DNA of 64,000 bases from the human T2T-CHM13v2.0 reference genome, Homo sapiens. This document shows, piece by piece, positions 1 through 14,053 of the stretch. The stretch lies in the NCBI RefSeq assembly GCF_009914755.1, contig NC_060926.1; one strand, 5' to 3'. The position numbers and the translations under genes are program-made. How positions within the stretch are numbered: position 1 is the first letter of the stretch; each line of letters opens with the position of its first letter. The notes beneath the pieces are model-generated. The model was not told the DNA's origin and made no database searches. It worked only from the letters and a program-made list of their open reading frames with translations.

Positions 1-1111
1 TACTAAACACTTGTTCATTACATTTGCCTATCAAGCCTAAGAAATAAATGCAATTTGAAGCAAGAGTTAAAGAAATTATACATCTGAGGCAAGTTAGTAA
101 TTACTCCCTACTTGGTGTTATTATGTTATTTAGCCATTCCTTAACTTCCTCTAGCCTTGGTATTATGTTCTGGACCCAAGACAGATATTTTTGAACTATA
201 TTTTTAGAGCCAATAATCTTAGAACTCACGGAATTTCAGAACCACAAGGACACTTAAGAGATGACTTGATTCAGCCTTCTCACCTGGGGCTTTTGCAGCT
301 CCAGGCTCTACCATTCTGATAACCTGGGCAACAATTTTGCCAGAGATTACCCTATAGAGAAATGCTCAGCTCAAGCAGGGTAAGTTTTCCTCTCCTCTGT
401 GCTATACTGTGGAGTGGAGTTCAAACCTGGGTTGTTCAGCCAAAAATTGTTTCAGAATTTAGTAAAAATTTTTGTTTTCCCTTTTATTCTTAGGGTGTAT
501 ATGAATTTCCAGGGTAGGAATGGGTTCCAGCAACAGCTGTCACATTATACCTGGAACTCCTTACCATCTTTTTCCTGGAGACCTATTGCTAAGTCCACCT
601 CACGTTCAGCTGCTTCTCCTATGATGAACTACCACTTGGGGCTCTGCTTTCCTTTTTGTGGTTTGGAATCACTGGGTTGCTGCAATTCTGACACTCTTTG
701 AGTTAATTTTCCAGAAAAAAAAAAAAATCAGTTCATCCTATTAGACAACCCAACAGAGGAAGAAGAGGGCAATGTGACAAGGCTCCACCATAGCTAAATC
801 TCAGTTTGGGCCTTCCAAGTAGTGTGGCCTGGAGAAGCATATGACTTCCCCATATAAAATGCTTTTAGTGACAGAGATTAAGAACTCAATCCTAGTTATT
901 AAGATTTCTAGACAGTGCTCTTTCCACTATAATACACGGGCTACTGGTTAGATACAGTGTTGTAATGGTTCAGAGGGAACCAACCATTCTGAGTCAAACT
1001 GTTGTGGATTTTGTACAAAACTCCTTAGAAACTCAGTGCCTGGTGCTCCTGTCAGCCGGAGCAACAGAAGGACCTGAATGACTGGCTTCAAAGTATTCCC
1101 TGACCCTTCAG

Positions 1112-1891
1112 GGATGGTTTTCAACAGAGGAAGCACTAGGGGAGCATTCTGGAAATTTGAAGAGAGGAACATATTTGATCGTCACAATAACCAGTGAGGA
1201 GAGCAATACTGAAATTGTTGGCCAGAGTCAGGGCTGATAGACATCTTGCAAATCATGAGACAGCCCTACTCAACAAAGAATTGTTCCACATCCTGAATGA
1301 TGTTTAAATGTCCCACTGGACATGCATGTGAGTAAACTACCTATTTGAAATCATCTGAGCCTGGAATCCACCTCCATTTTACACGTAATCACAAATAATT
1401 TATCACGTGATTCTAATATACGCTGAATTTTCTGGAAATGCAACTAGTATGAAAATGGAAAAAAGATAATCTCTTGTTTGGAACTTGACTAAGAGGTGTT
1501 CATCATTTTTTTAGATGCTTATCATTTTGAATATCACCAATGGCAGTGCCACTCATGGCATTTGAGTCACCAGTATACACGGCCTTATGGTCTGAATTCA
1601 TAGGTGTTGCACCCATGGACATTCTATGTGTGTGTGCAGACACCTGGTTACTTCATTGCAGCTTGTGCCGTCATGCCCAAGCATTTACATATTGAAATTA
1701 TTACGAATTACTTTATTATAAATGCTTTGCTTTTATACGTTACAAAATTAACAAAAAGTCCCCTTTATACCACAATTAAGGCATTATTTTTAAAAATTGT
1801 GTCTGTAAGTAAGTAGAAATTTCAAGATAAGAAAGGAATCATTACAAAAATACTGGTGTTTAAAAGGGGGTGCAGGTGGTTGAATCCACTA
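1112..1891. mobile_element. hAT-Charlie DNA transposon relic, MER20B-like
   Basis: Starts ...TGGTTTTCAAC and ends GGTTGAATCCACTA (decayed MER20-type TIRs). Internal TCGTCACAAT, CAACAAAGAATTGTTCC and GCATTTGAGTCACCA motifs. Length ~780 bp. Confidence 0.7.
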
Positions 1892-2232
1892 GGATATCTT
1901 CCACTACCTGCTAACTCCTACTGCCCAACCCTGTATCTGCAAGGCAGGCCAGCCTCATGCAATTTCTTCAGCTCCTCAAATTTGTCCCTGTAAAGTACTT
2001 CCAGTTTTGGTGGTGAGCAGAGGGGTTAGGGTTCATTCTTTAGTTTTTTTCTCAGTATATAAGGTGGAAAAACAAGAGACCAGCTCACATCATTCAGTGA
2101 CTCTTATTTTCCAATCAGGATTTGATACCTGGTCAATTAAACCCACCTTGTAAGCTCCTAACCTCTGTTCTTCCCCAGCTCCTTTTTCTCAGTGAATGAA
2201 GCTGTGTGAAACAATTAAAAAAACACCAATTA

Positions 2233-2425
2233 CCTGGGTTCAAGTCCCACCTCTGCTTCCTACTGGTTACCTGACCTCTGTCAAGTTATAGCAAGTGACC
2301 TTTCAAAGTCTCCTCATCTAGTAAACACATTATAAATACACAACCTCCCTTACAGTGGGTTGTGAAGATTCAATGAGGTACTACATGTGAAAGTGCTTTG
2401 TAAACTACAGAACATTATTTAAATT
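2233..2425 (+). mobile_element. MIR SINE
   Basis: CCTGGGTTCAAGTCCCACCTCTGC, core CCTCATCT.GTAAA, and 3' GTGAAAGTGCTTTGTAAACT. Confidence 0.75.
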
Positions 2426-4281
2426 TGAAAGGATTGAAGCTTTTTTTTTTTCACTGTCTGCCTAAATCTCTGAAAAACAAGGTGGCATTTGGGGTTTTTC
2501 AGATGTAGTAGAATTTATTTGAGCAGAACTTCTTTAAAGAGATGAAGACAGGGAGGAAAGGCTTAGGCAGGTAAGTGACTCCACTCCACACATCTGTGGT
2601 AGAAAAAAAAACACAGGTCTTAGAATCTAACTTCTCTAATGGGCTCCAGCCTCGTCGCCACCCCCATGTGAGAACAGGCTGCGTACTTGGCCCTCTGAGA
2701 TTGTAAACTCTGGTTAATGATCCCACGCCTGAAGTATCCTTGTGATGAATACTAATGAATGACATATGAGGGCACTTAGCACCCAGCAGGTGCTCAATAA
2801 ATGAGCACTCTTACTATTTCACAGAGAAAGGAAACAATAAACTGGATAGAACTATATAAACCTGTCCATAATATTATTCACTGCACAAGGAGATTTAGGA
2901 TAAGAGGGTTTAATCTTAGAACCCTGGAGTGTCAAAAGGTACCTCCAGGAGTCTACCTCAATGAGGTTTGGTTAGTAGAGGAGGTATTACCTTCATTCCC
3001 ATTTCAGAGTTGAGAAAATCGGGCAGTTACATTAGTTAGTGAAACAAGTTAAATGGGATAGAAAGGTCTTCTGATAACTGTTGTTCTTGTGTTTGTGTTT
3101 CTACTGCAATCCTCTGCCAAGCCTGCTGTAAGGCAGCCCATGACAAGTACACCCTAGCATAGCATCCTAACAAAACTCCAGCAATAAAGGGAAGTGCAGA
3201 TGGATGCTAGCTGTCAACTTTGGGAAGTTTCAGCTGGCTATGATCATCTAGAGAGATCTTAAATGAGCGTATCCCTTGACAGGTCTTGGGAGAAGTCATT
3301 CTAAAAATGCCAATTTTTAGTTCAATCCAGAAAGCAGGAGGACCCTTCCACAAGACGGATAGCTGCTGTGTCCTCTCCCAGGTCTTCCCGTACCCCAGCC
3401 CACATAATTTCACAATCTTGGCTACATTAAGGGTCCCAAAAAGTCTAATCTAATCCTAGACAAGCCTTAAAGCATCTCTGAAGCACAAGAATTCTGCTTG
3501 TTTGAATTAGCCAGTTTGAAGAAATAGAGGGAAGGAATATAGAAAAAAATCGGGAAAGAATTATTAGTGGCCTCAGGCAGGAGATTTCAACTAGATGTCA
3601 CTGCATCTGGCCTCTTATTGCAGTGTGGATCCCTTCTCTCATGTTTGGTCTTCTGAACCGACTTAGGATCCAAGCATGTGGGTCATAGACCCAAAGGGCT
3701 GACAGTACACACTTCAGGTCATGGACTCATCTAGCTCGACAGTTGAAAATAAGTCACAAACATAACCACTGGCAAAGCTGGAACTATCTGAAACCAGCTC
3801 CATTTCCCCATCTCTCAAGAACCTCCTATACACTTTAAAAGCTGCAGTCCTCCTTCAGAAAAACTATTGCTGGGATATGCCCCCAGAAATCCACAGCAAA
3901 TTTAAACAGTATGGAGATGCTATAAATTCTGGCTGATTTACTAATTAACATAAAGAAATAATAATGGAAATCTGAACTAACTCTGAACTTTTCAATAGGA
4001 ACACCTAATATTTTGTGGCCATTTAATATGTCTTGACTTCATAATTGTCTTACACTTTTTTCCAATACTTCATCCTACCTTCTAACTATCCCCATGAGGA
4101 AGGTAATCATGATTAATCTTAACCTTTGAAGTGATTAATAGAAGGGTGATACACACATACCCCAACTTGTTTTTTTTCTAGACTTCTGAAACAAATATTG
4201 ACTTCGAAGATCTTTATGATTTTTCTCAGGAAACTGATGAGGTCTTTGGATTGGGGCTAGGGATATGCCTTCTCCAAAAGC

Positions 4282-4740
4282 TATTCACTAGTCACAATAG
4301 TAAAGACATAGAATCAACCTAAATGTCTGTCAATGGTAGACTGGATAAAGAAAATGTGGTACATATACACCATGGAATACTATACAGCCATAAAAAAGAA
4401 TGAGATCATATCTTTTGCAGAAACATGGATTGAGCTGGAGGCCATTATCCTTAGCAAACTAATGCAGGAACAGAAAACCAAATACTGTCTGTTCTCATTT
4501 ATAAGTGGGAGCTAAACAATGAGAACACATGGATACATAGAGAAGAACGACACACACTAGGGCCTATTGGAGGGTGGGGGCTAGAAGGAGGAAGAGGATC
4601 AGGAAAAATAACTAACGGGTATTCGGCTTAATACCTGGGGAACAAAATAATTTGTACAGCAGACTCCCATGACACATGACTTGAGTTTACCTATATAACA
4701 AGCCTGTACATGTACTCTTGAACTTAAAAGTTAAATAAAA
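4282..4740 (+). mobile_element. 5'-truncated old L1PA (about L1PA13-16), ORF2 end plus 3'UTR
   Basis: ORF 4333-4515 (DWIKKMWYIYTMEYY...LFSFISGS) is the L1 ORF2p C-terminus. 3'UTR has GGATCAGGAAAAATAACTAA and CCCATGACAC...TTTACCTATATAACAA. Confidence 0.9.
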
Positions 4741-7059
4741 TTTTCTAAGCTACAATTTATGCTGCAAGTATCTCAGGAAATACAAAGTCCTTGAGGGTAT
4801 ATCATTTTTCCCCTGCTTTAGTTGCAGATATGTAAACCATAAATTGTTGATGTTCTGTGAATCTACCTAGCCTCTGACAATATTGCAGTCCATCACAACA
4901 TTATTCTGATAGATATAAGGGGAGAGCCTCATCCCGTAGCTTATAGGTCCTTCCTGAATGGAGAAACAGAGGCTCAGGTAGTAAAGATTACCTACTGTAG
5001 TGCCTATGATCAACCTTCTCAGACCTGACCTCCACGGAGAACTGGAATAGCTGGACCGGGTGAGCAAGAGCTGAAGTGCTATGTGTATGTGGTAGAGGAG
5101 GGAGTTGGGCTAGGGGTGGAGGACAAGGATGAAACCTGAGCGACAGAGCAAGGGATTCTCTCAAACGCTGAGGATGTGGAGGAAGGAGCCTGCAGCCTTC
5201 ATTTCATTTCATGACAATTCACTCATAGAAATTCATAACTTCTTAAATTCCATCTTCAAATTTAGCACATCATGGACAGTTGGCCACACATGCACTATGA
5301 GAAGTTTCCTCCTCAGGGTTACATGTCAGAACCATACAGGTAAGAATAGGAAATCCTTAAAGTCAGAAGTCACTTAACAGTAGGTTTCTTACAAACCTCT
5401 GTCTTCCCATTGGGTTCTTTCTGCCTTTCAGGGGTGGACATGAACATCCTATGTCCCAAACCCTCATCCTGTCCTCTGCTCTTCCTTCACTCTGGGCTGG
5501 ATCACCTCATTAGGAAAATGACTTACAGCTCAGTGATGCATTACTGGCTTTCTCTTATTTATTTGATTCTCAAACACAAAAGCACAGATCCAGGAATGGC
5601 ACTATAAACCCCCCTAAATACAAAAATAAAATTTGATATTTCCAAAAGGTCACAAAGAAAGTCACTGGGTCTGACTTAGCTATTCCCACGAGTTCTCTCC
5701 AGAAGTCAGAGGTAAGGAAAGCCGTATTTCCCAACGCGGACATAGCATACACCTTTACTACTGAAAGAGGATGTTTTTATTTGCACTGCATTATACCCAT
5801 AAATTCCATCCACTCAGCAAGTCAAATTATTGCTGGCCTCCAAAATACATTAAGTTTGGGTTTAAATCAGTCACTTTTGAAGATATACTGCAGCCCACTT
5901 CCTAGCCATATTTGTAATATATTCACCCTGCAAATGTTCTTTAAAATGCATGGTTTGTGGAGTTGTCTTACTTCCATCAACCATGTGAGGATATAAGGAA
6001 TATAAGCTCTAATTTGCAGTTTCTTTGTTTGTGTGATTGTTTGTGATCTCTACCCATAGAGTTAATGGCTGCCAAAATGCTTTCATACTATGAAGAGAAA
6101 GAGCCCTCTGAATCTGAATCAAATTAGAATTCGTGGTACAATAATAAGCAGCAATGGGAAAATACAGGGCCTTGAGCAGTTTATGCTAGAATTTGGTGAC
6201 AGCAGACAGGCTTTCCCAGATAATGGTAGGAGGAGGGAAGCCAAGGAATTATTTGGAGTGCTTAATGGTGTATGGCAAGATGAAGGTATGCTTAATGAAT
6301 ATACTCAATTTTCCCCCAACTTAGACTTCCTATTTTACAAAGTTACACATTTGTGTTCTTCATCAATTGTCATTCGAATAATTTTAACACAATGAAGTGA
6401 TTCAGAGAGTGTGCAGAAGCTAGGTCAATTATCATTTTAAATTGCTAAGAAAGGGAGATATAGGGAAATAGAACTAGAGTTCCATTGTTTCCCTGGGAAA
6501 AAAAGGCCTGTTTTCTCTGAACTTCCCTTTGTCAAGCTGCTCTGTTTGATGGGGAGAAGATGCATGCAGGGAGGGATATGTGTGGCAGCCCCTTCCAGAG
6601 GCTGAGCTTTCCTCTGAGCTTGGAAGGAAACTTGGGCCCTTCAAGTCTGTGCAAAGCAAGACATTTGGACAGGTTTGCACCTATCACTATTTTTGCCCAC
6701 CATATTTCAGATTATATATATATTTTTTTCCTGCGAACACGTCACCAAAAAAGAAGGCACCACAGCATTCTGTACTCTGAAGGCACCATCTTTAAAACAA
6801 TGTGATATAGACTGTTCTTTTATTTCCCAGAAATCAAGCATACATATTTTCCCTTTCTAAGGGAATTTATGAGGCACTTTCCCACCCATTTCTCACTAGG
6901 TATACAAGCCTAATACAATAAATATCTGGTGAATATTAAGATATGAATTTCACACAAGTCACATGCAAGGGCCTATTGACACCTATGATATTCCACATTC
7001 CATGATAATCATAATATTTCTGCATAGATTTGGGGGCTGACACATTTAATCTCAGGATA

Positions 7060-7205
7060 TAATAATATTAATAACAGCTACCATTTTGAGCACTTATATA
7101 ACAAGAACCTTGCTTAACACCTTACATTTATTATCTTCTTTATATTGCCATCAACCTTATGATAAATATTATTTCCATTTTGCCACTGAGGAAATGGAGG
7201 ATCTA
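7060..7205 (-). mobile_element. MIR fragment
   Basis: ATAACAGCTACCATTTTGAGCACTTA ... CCATTTTGCCACTGAGGAAATGGAGG. Confidence 0.6.
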
Positions 7206-7271
7206 GATACTACTCTCTCCAGAGCTTCCTTAATCATTACCCATGTCTATATCACCACAATTACTATATAC

Positions 7272-7481
7272 TGAGGGTTTTGCTGGAGATGGCTTGTATC
7301 CACTTGCAAGAGCTGATTGTTAAATTTGTAGGAAGTTGGTGAGTTTGTGGCTTTCATGTTGATAGCTTAAAATTGGCCATGGTGGAGTATTTACAACTGG
7401 AAATCAGCAAATGCTACAAATCAGGGCTGTTTTTGAGAAAGAGTGTGTGAAACTTTTTCAACAATTACCAACATACTACTG
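7272..7481 (-). mobile_element. MER63-like hAT-Blackjack DNA element
   Basis: GCTTAAAATTGGCCATGGTGGAGTATTTACA...GAAATCAGCAAATGCTACAAATCAGGGC is the reverse complement of the MER63 core. Confidence 0.7.
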
Positions 7482-7692
7482 CCAAGAAAGAATATTTTCA
7501 GTATCATGGAACTACTTGACCCTTTCCTCCCCTCCACATTTTTTTGTCTCGAGAACATTTAATGTGACAAAGCAGTAAAACAGAACAAATACCCTGAGGA
7601 ATGGTGCCAGCCTCTAGGCTAGGTGTGGACTTCCCTACATAGTCTCAGTTTCAGTGCCTGGCTGGCTTGATTCTGCCCTTTCTCTTCAACTG

Positions 7693-8076
7693 CAGTCATG
7701 CATCACTTACCAAAAAGGATACTGAGAAACACACTGTTCGACAATTTTATCATTATGTGAACATCATAAAGTGCACTTACACAAACCTAGATGGTACAGC
7801 CTACTACACACTTAGGCTAGATGCCTTAGCCTATTGCTTCTAGGCTACAAACCTGTAGCTGTACTAAATATTGTAGGCAACTGTAACACAATGGTAAGTA
7901 TTTATGTATCTAAACATATTTAAAAATAGAAAAAGTAATGTGTTGCACTATAATGTTATGATAGCTACAAGGCCACTAGGTGATAGGAATTTTTCAGCTG
8001 TACTATAATCTTATGGGACCACGATTGTATATGCAGTCTGCTGTTAACCAAATCACTGTTATTTGGCTTTTGACTG
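7693..8076. mobile_element. Tigger3-derived MITE (Tigger3a/MER7-like)
   Basis: CAGTCATGC...TGACTG(TA) ends. Internal ACACAAACCTAGATGGTACAGCCTACTACACAC and TATAATCTTATGGGACCAC. Confidence 0.85.
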
Positions 8077-8870
8077 TATTTACGTCACTCACACTGCCTG
8101 TGAACCCTAAGGTTAGCGGCAGAGCAAATCACAACATTTGATAGTTGTTTTGCTGAAAAAATTCTGTAAGGCAAATTCAGTTCTTGTGACTCCAAATTAA
8201 TGACCTCAGCCTAAAGCACCAATTAGCTTTTTTCTCAACTCTTTTACTTTCCATCAGGTGAATGTGATGCAAATCCAAAGGAAAGACACATTCTGAACAC
8301 AGAGGGCATCTCTTGATATTCACAACCTAATCTCCACTGGGGAGCATCATACTCAATATTTTTATTATCATACTATTAACATTTATTGAGTGTTAATAGT
8401 GAGCTTATATATAACAAAGAGACAATTACTGTACCTGGTTTCTTCGCAGATTGTAGGAACAGCATGTTTTTGATATCTTGGATGGCACCAAGCTCGCTAT
8501 TATTTCCCAGTGAAGTCAGTTGCTCCTAATTTCCTGAACATCTGTGCATCAAATTCATTAAATGGCTAATGAATCCAGACATATAAGGTTCATAAAGATA
8601 TTTATATCTGACATTAACAAAATTGCACTCCCGCTTTGTTCCTGTACGTGACATCGTTAAGACAATCAAGTTTTTGTCACTGGCTAGAACATAGTAGGGG
8701 AAGGTAAATGACTGAAATCAACACCTTCATGTTTCCTCCATGGGACAGAGAGATAGAGAAACCAAGGTTCCAGGTGGACAGTGAATACAGGACAAAGGAT
8801 AGAGGAATAGGAGCTGAGGGTACAGTCAAAGTCAGGAGATGTCCATATTTCCATAAAGCCATTTACATTA

Positions 8871-9055
8871 AAATATCAGTAAATATCAGTGGGCAGGATT
8901 TTGTGTGAACATAAGTTTTCAACTTGAGTAAATACCAACGCGTGTGATTGCTAGATTGTATGATAAGAGTATGTTTAGTTTTGTAAGAAATAACCAAACT
9001 TTCTTCTAAAGTCGTAGTACCATTTTGCATTTCCACTAACAATGGATGAGTTTTC
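8871..9055 (-). mobile_element. L1MC-type ORF2 3' fragment, inverted segment
   Basis: Reverse complement reads CTCATCCATTGTTAGTGGAAATGCAAAATGGTAC...GAAAACTTATGTTCACACAAAA. Confidence 0.8.
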
Positions 9056-9061
9056 AATGAA

Positions 9062-9356
9062 TACATTTTTAAGGCAGTGAAAATATTTCATATGCTATTA
9101 CAATGATGTATGCATGTCATTATACATTTGTCCAAATCATGGAATGATTTGTACAACACCAAGAGTGAACCCTGATGTGACTATGAACTGGGAGTGGTAA
9201 TGATGTGTCAGTACAGGTTCATCAGTGGTAACAGATGTACCCCTCTGATGGGGGATGTTGATAATGGAGGAGGCTATGCAGGTGTGGGGCAGGAAATCCC
9301 TGTACCTTCTGCTCAATTTCTCTGTGAACCTAAAATTGCTCTTTAAAAAATTAAGA
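9062..9356 (+). mobile_element. L1MC1/L1MC2-like 3'UTR
   Basis: TACAACACCAAGAGTGAACCCTGATGT...GGGGATGTTGATAATGG...CTGTGAACCTAAAATTGCTCTTTAAAAAA. Confidence 0.85.
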
Positions 9357-9607
9357 ATTTTTCCTTAAAAAAAAGCATTGTCAACTTTAAAGAAAAAAAA
9401 AAAAAAAACATTGCCAGCAAACCTACCTAGACTGAAAGCTCACTAAGAGTAGAGTCTTGTGCAAGGTGTGGCCAGTGACTGCACGTCCCCCCAACCCACT
9501 GCCCCACCATTACCTGTGCTCTCACCATTACCAATGGCCAGGTCAGGGGACCCCCATGACACACCTATGCTTACAAAAATTAACAATATGCCATTCTTAT
9601 AAATGTA

Positions 9608-9757
9608 AGCATTAGGAAAAATACCTAATGCATGCAGGGCTTAAAACCTAGGTGACAGATTGATAGGTGCAGCAAACCACCATGGCATATGTATATCTAT
9701 GTAACAAACCTGCCCATTCTGCACATGTATCCCAGAACTTAAACTTTAAAAAAAATT
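9608..9757 (+). mobile_element. Very short L1PA (about PA8-10) 3' tip
   Basis: GCATTAGGAAAAATACCTAATGCATGCAGGGCTTAAAACCTAG...CCCAGAACTTAAA. Approximate TSD AAATGTAAGCATT / AAAATTAAGCGTT. Confidence 0.85.
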
Positions 9758-9788
9758 AAGCGTTCTACAGACAACTGAAGAGACACTA

Positions 9789-10294
9789 TGGATGATCCCT
9801 GATATACAATGGTTCAACTTAATGACTTTCCGACTTCATGATGATGCAAAACCAATATGCACTCAGTAGAAACCATACTTCTGTTTTTGAATTTTGATCT
9901 TTTCCCAGACTTGTGATACACACTGTATGATACTCTACCCTCAGGGGCAGTGGCAGAGAGGCACAGCTCCCAGTCAACTATATAATCCTGAGAGTAAACA
10001 ACCAATATTCTGTTGTGTTTTTTTGGATATTGTGTTTTGTTTTCACATCCCATCATGCCGACAAAATGTCCATCTGTGTAAAGTATTCAACACTTTTATA
10101 GAACAGGCTTTGTGTTAGATGATTTTGCCCAACTGTATACTAATATAAGTGTTCTGAGCATATTCAAGGTAGGCCAGACTGAGCTATGATGTTCAGCACA
10201 TTAGGTGCATTAAATGCATTTTTTATATATAATATTTTCAGCTTACAATGGGTTTGTTAGGATGTGACTCCATCAAAAGTTGAGGAGTGTCTGT
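9789..10294. mobile_element. Tigger5/MER47-family DNA element
   Basis: ACAATGGTTCAACTT...CAGTAGAAACCATACTTC; TGTGTTAGATGATTTTGCCCAACTGTA; end AAGTTGAGGAGTGTCTGTA. Confidence 0.8.
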
Positions 10295-11652
10295 ATTTGT
10301 CATGAACTCTGAACTAAGAGTCCAATACTGTGGCTCTCCTCTGAAGTCTGACATTCTCTGGCTAGGAACTTTGTACCTGTTATTAGATTTCACTGTTGTC
10401 TCAGGCTCTGCCATCACCATGCATAAAATGAGCGGGGTATGAGTTAGATTTCCAGCCCCTTCCAACTTTGAAACATTCTCAGCTTTTTCTACTAAGAAGG
10501 AAAACAGGATGTTGGCAATTAATGTCTGCCAGTAGAACTTCAGCCCAAAGCTTGAAAACAATTGCTCACTTTTTGTATTTGTACCATTTAAGGAAAGGGC
10601 TTCGGTCAGAGTCTAGCAGAGGAATCCTCCAGCTTCAAATTCTCTCTTGTAGACACCTTTCTTCTTCCCAATGGAAGTCAAGTTTGCAAAACAAGGTAAA
10701 TTTGATCAGGAAAAAGCAAACAAACAAACAAAACACAGGAGTTCAGAAGAGTTGGAGCTCTGAAACTTCTTTTCCTGGTTCACAGAGAAGTGCTTGCCAA
10801 GAAGTGTTTTGAGTTAAATGGGCAGCACATGGCCTCATGTAGCCTCTTATGATCCTTAACAGAGAGAAAGGACCTCTTAAAGGGCTTTATTTACACCAGG
10901 ACTATCCACTACAGGAGAGTTCAGGAGAAGACTTCCAAATCACATTTGCTTAAGCAAAATTGTCTTGATGACAAAAAGTAGGTCTATTTTAATTTGCTGC
11001 TTATTCTGTTAACTACTGAACCCTCAAAACATGCTCTTCAGTTATCTTTTCATCTAAAGCTATGAAATGGTGAAAGCAAAAACCTTCCATAGAGAAAGGA
11101 AAAGCATGAGCAATGGTGGTGAGAGACCTGGAAAGTCCCCCCAGTGTGGGGTGCTGCAGCTCGTGGCTTGCTCACATGGTCCCACCTCCTGGAGGGGTCC
11201 CCCTCATTCACTTCCCGACCCTTCCAAGTGCAGCTCAAACCCCACCCGTGACTCTCCTGGCCTCATTACTGCCTCAGCCCAGAGTAATCACCTCACCCTT
11301 CTATTAACTCTTACAGTACATATTTCTCTCTCAGTATAATCAATTTTATAATTAGAAACTGCTCCGTGATACTGCTCTCTGCTATCAAGCTATTATTCAA
11401 ACATATTATTATTATTGTCATTTACATATGCACAGTTTACTGCCCTGATTTGGCTATAAACTCCTTGAGAGCAAGTTTTGTGTCATTCACCCTGGAGTGT
11501 CCCACAACACCATGGTAAGTTGCCATAGCAGGCTCTGCCTGAGCTCCTGCATCTGTAAATGGGGATGATGACAGCACCTACATTACAGATCTGCTGTGAG
11601 GAGAAAATGAGACTGTGAAGAGTAAATTTTACCTGACTCATTAAAAGTTAGC

Positions 11653-12044
<392 letters not shown>

Positions 12045-12164
12045 TAGTAGCCCTGTGACTTTAAGAAAGTCAGTTAAATGCTCAAGCCTCAAATTTTTCA
12101 CCCATAAAATTAGAAAAGCAACATTCCCTGCCAACTTTCTGTTGCTGAAAAGATGAAATAACAC

Positions 12165-12501
12165 TTTTTTTTATTATTATACTTTAAGTTTTAGGGTACA
12201 TGTGCACAAAATGCAGGTTTGTTACATATGTATACATGTGCCATGTTGGTGGGCTGCACCCATTAACTCGTCATTTAACATTAGGTATATCTCCTAATGC
12301 TATCCCTCCCCCCTTCCCCCACCCCACAACAGGCCCTGGTGTGTGATGGTCCCCTTCCTGTGTCCATGTGTTCTCATTGTTCAATTCCCACCTATGAGTG
12401 AGAACATGCAGTGTTTGGTTTTTTGTCCTTGCAATAGTTTGCTGAGAATGATGGTTTCCAGTTTCATCCATGTCCCTACAAAGGACATGAACTCATCATT
12501 T
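12165..12501 (-). mobile_element. 5'-truncated L1PA4-like 3' end inserted in a MIR
   Basis: TTATTATTATACTTTAAGTTTTAGGGTACATGTGCAC...CCCTACAAAGGACATGAACTCATCATTT. MIR-like sequence flanks it at 12030-12164 and 12502-12530. Confidence 0.92.
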
Positions 12502-12847
12502 GTACTATACAAAGGTATCATTTATTGGTACTCAGTAAATATTTGATTTGAGAATGCTGTCCTTATCACAGAAACACCTCACTTTCTCCCCTTTCTGGCT
12601 AAAAGGGCATCAGACATGCATCTTTCGGGCTTGGAAGGAGGAAAAGGATCTTTTGAATCCTTTGAATTTCCAACAACTAGTTTATATTCAGGGGATTCAC
12701 AGCATCTTAACCTCCTACTGTTGTATTCCAGGGATCTCAGTGTTTAAGGAAATATTTCTATAACACCAGAGAAACCCAATTAAAATGTAAAATATCTACT
12801 AGCCAGCCTATTGTTTTGTTTAAAAAAAAAAGTAATATGTAGTTTTA

Positions 12848-13166
<319 letters not shown>

Positions 13167-13758
13167 TAGTCAATCAATCAACTATGGTAGCATGATCGGT
13201 TATATCCATGAGCAGAAGGGAATCATAGCAGATCATAAACCAATCATAGCAGAACCAGAAGATACCACATACCCCAGAGATCACACATAGTATCTCCCTT
13301 AGGGACAAAAGCCTCCTCTAGTCTATACACAGAGGGGCCTTGGCACAACCACAGAACAAGGTTCCTGGTCGGTCCATGCCTAGGTAAAACTATCACTTTC
13401 ATGAAAAGCTGGTACCAGAATAAATTGCATGATTTGATTCTCTGACTTCTTATGATCTAAATTTTCTCCTCCACCTGCAAACCACAAATACAATCATTCT
13501 TACCTTTTCAGTCTCATATAATTTAATATCAAGTATCAGTATCAGATGGCAGAGGCAATCTAAGTTATATCAGCAACACACCAAATATTCACTCATTTAC
13601 CAAATAATTATTTAAGATGTCCATGCAAGGCACTGGGGCATACAAAAACGAATGACAAAATCTAACCATTTGGTATTATTTAGACACCTTATTTTTTATG
13701 AAGATTTGTATATTTGCTGCTGTGTAAGCATAGTTTACAATGTTTCCATTTATGATAC

Positions 13759-14053
13759 TTTTTTTTGAGACAGGATCTCGCTCTGTCACCCAGGTTGGAG
13801 TGCAGTGGCACAATCATGGCTCACTGTTGCCTTGAACTCCTAGGTCAAGCAATTCTCCCATCTCAGCCTCCCAAATAGCAGGGACTACAGGTGCACACCA
13901 CCACATGGCTAATTTTTTAATTTTCATTTTCTGTAGAGATGCAGGGTCTCACTGTGTTGCCCAGGCTGATCTTGAACTCCTGGGCTCAAGCAATTCTTCC
14001 ACCTCAGCCTCTCAAAGTGCTGGGATTACAGGCATGAGCCACTTCACCCAGGC
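13759..14053 (-). mobile_element. AluJ-type SINE
   Basis: Poly-T, GAGACAGGATCTCGCTCTG, CTCCTGGGCTCAAGCAATTC. Confidence 0.95.
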
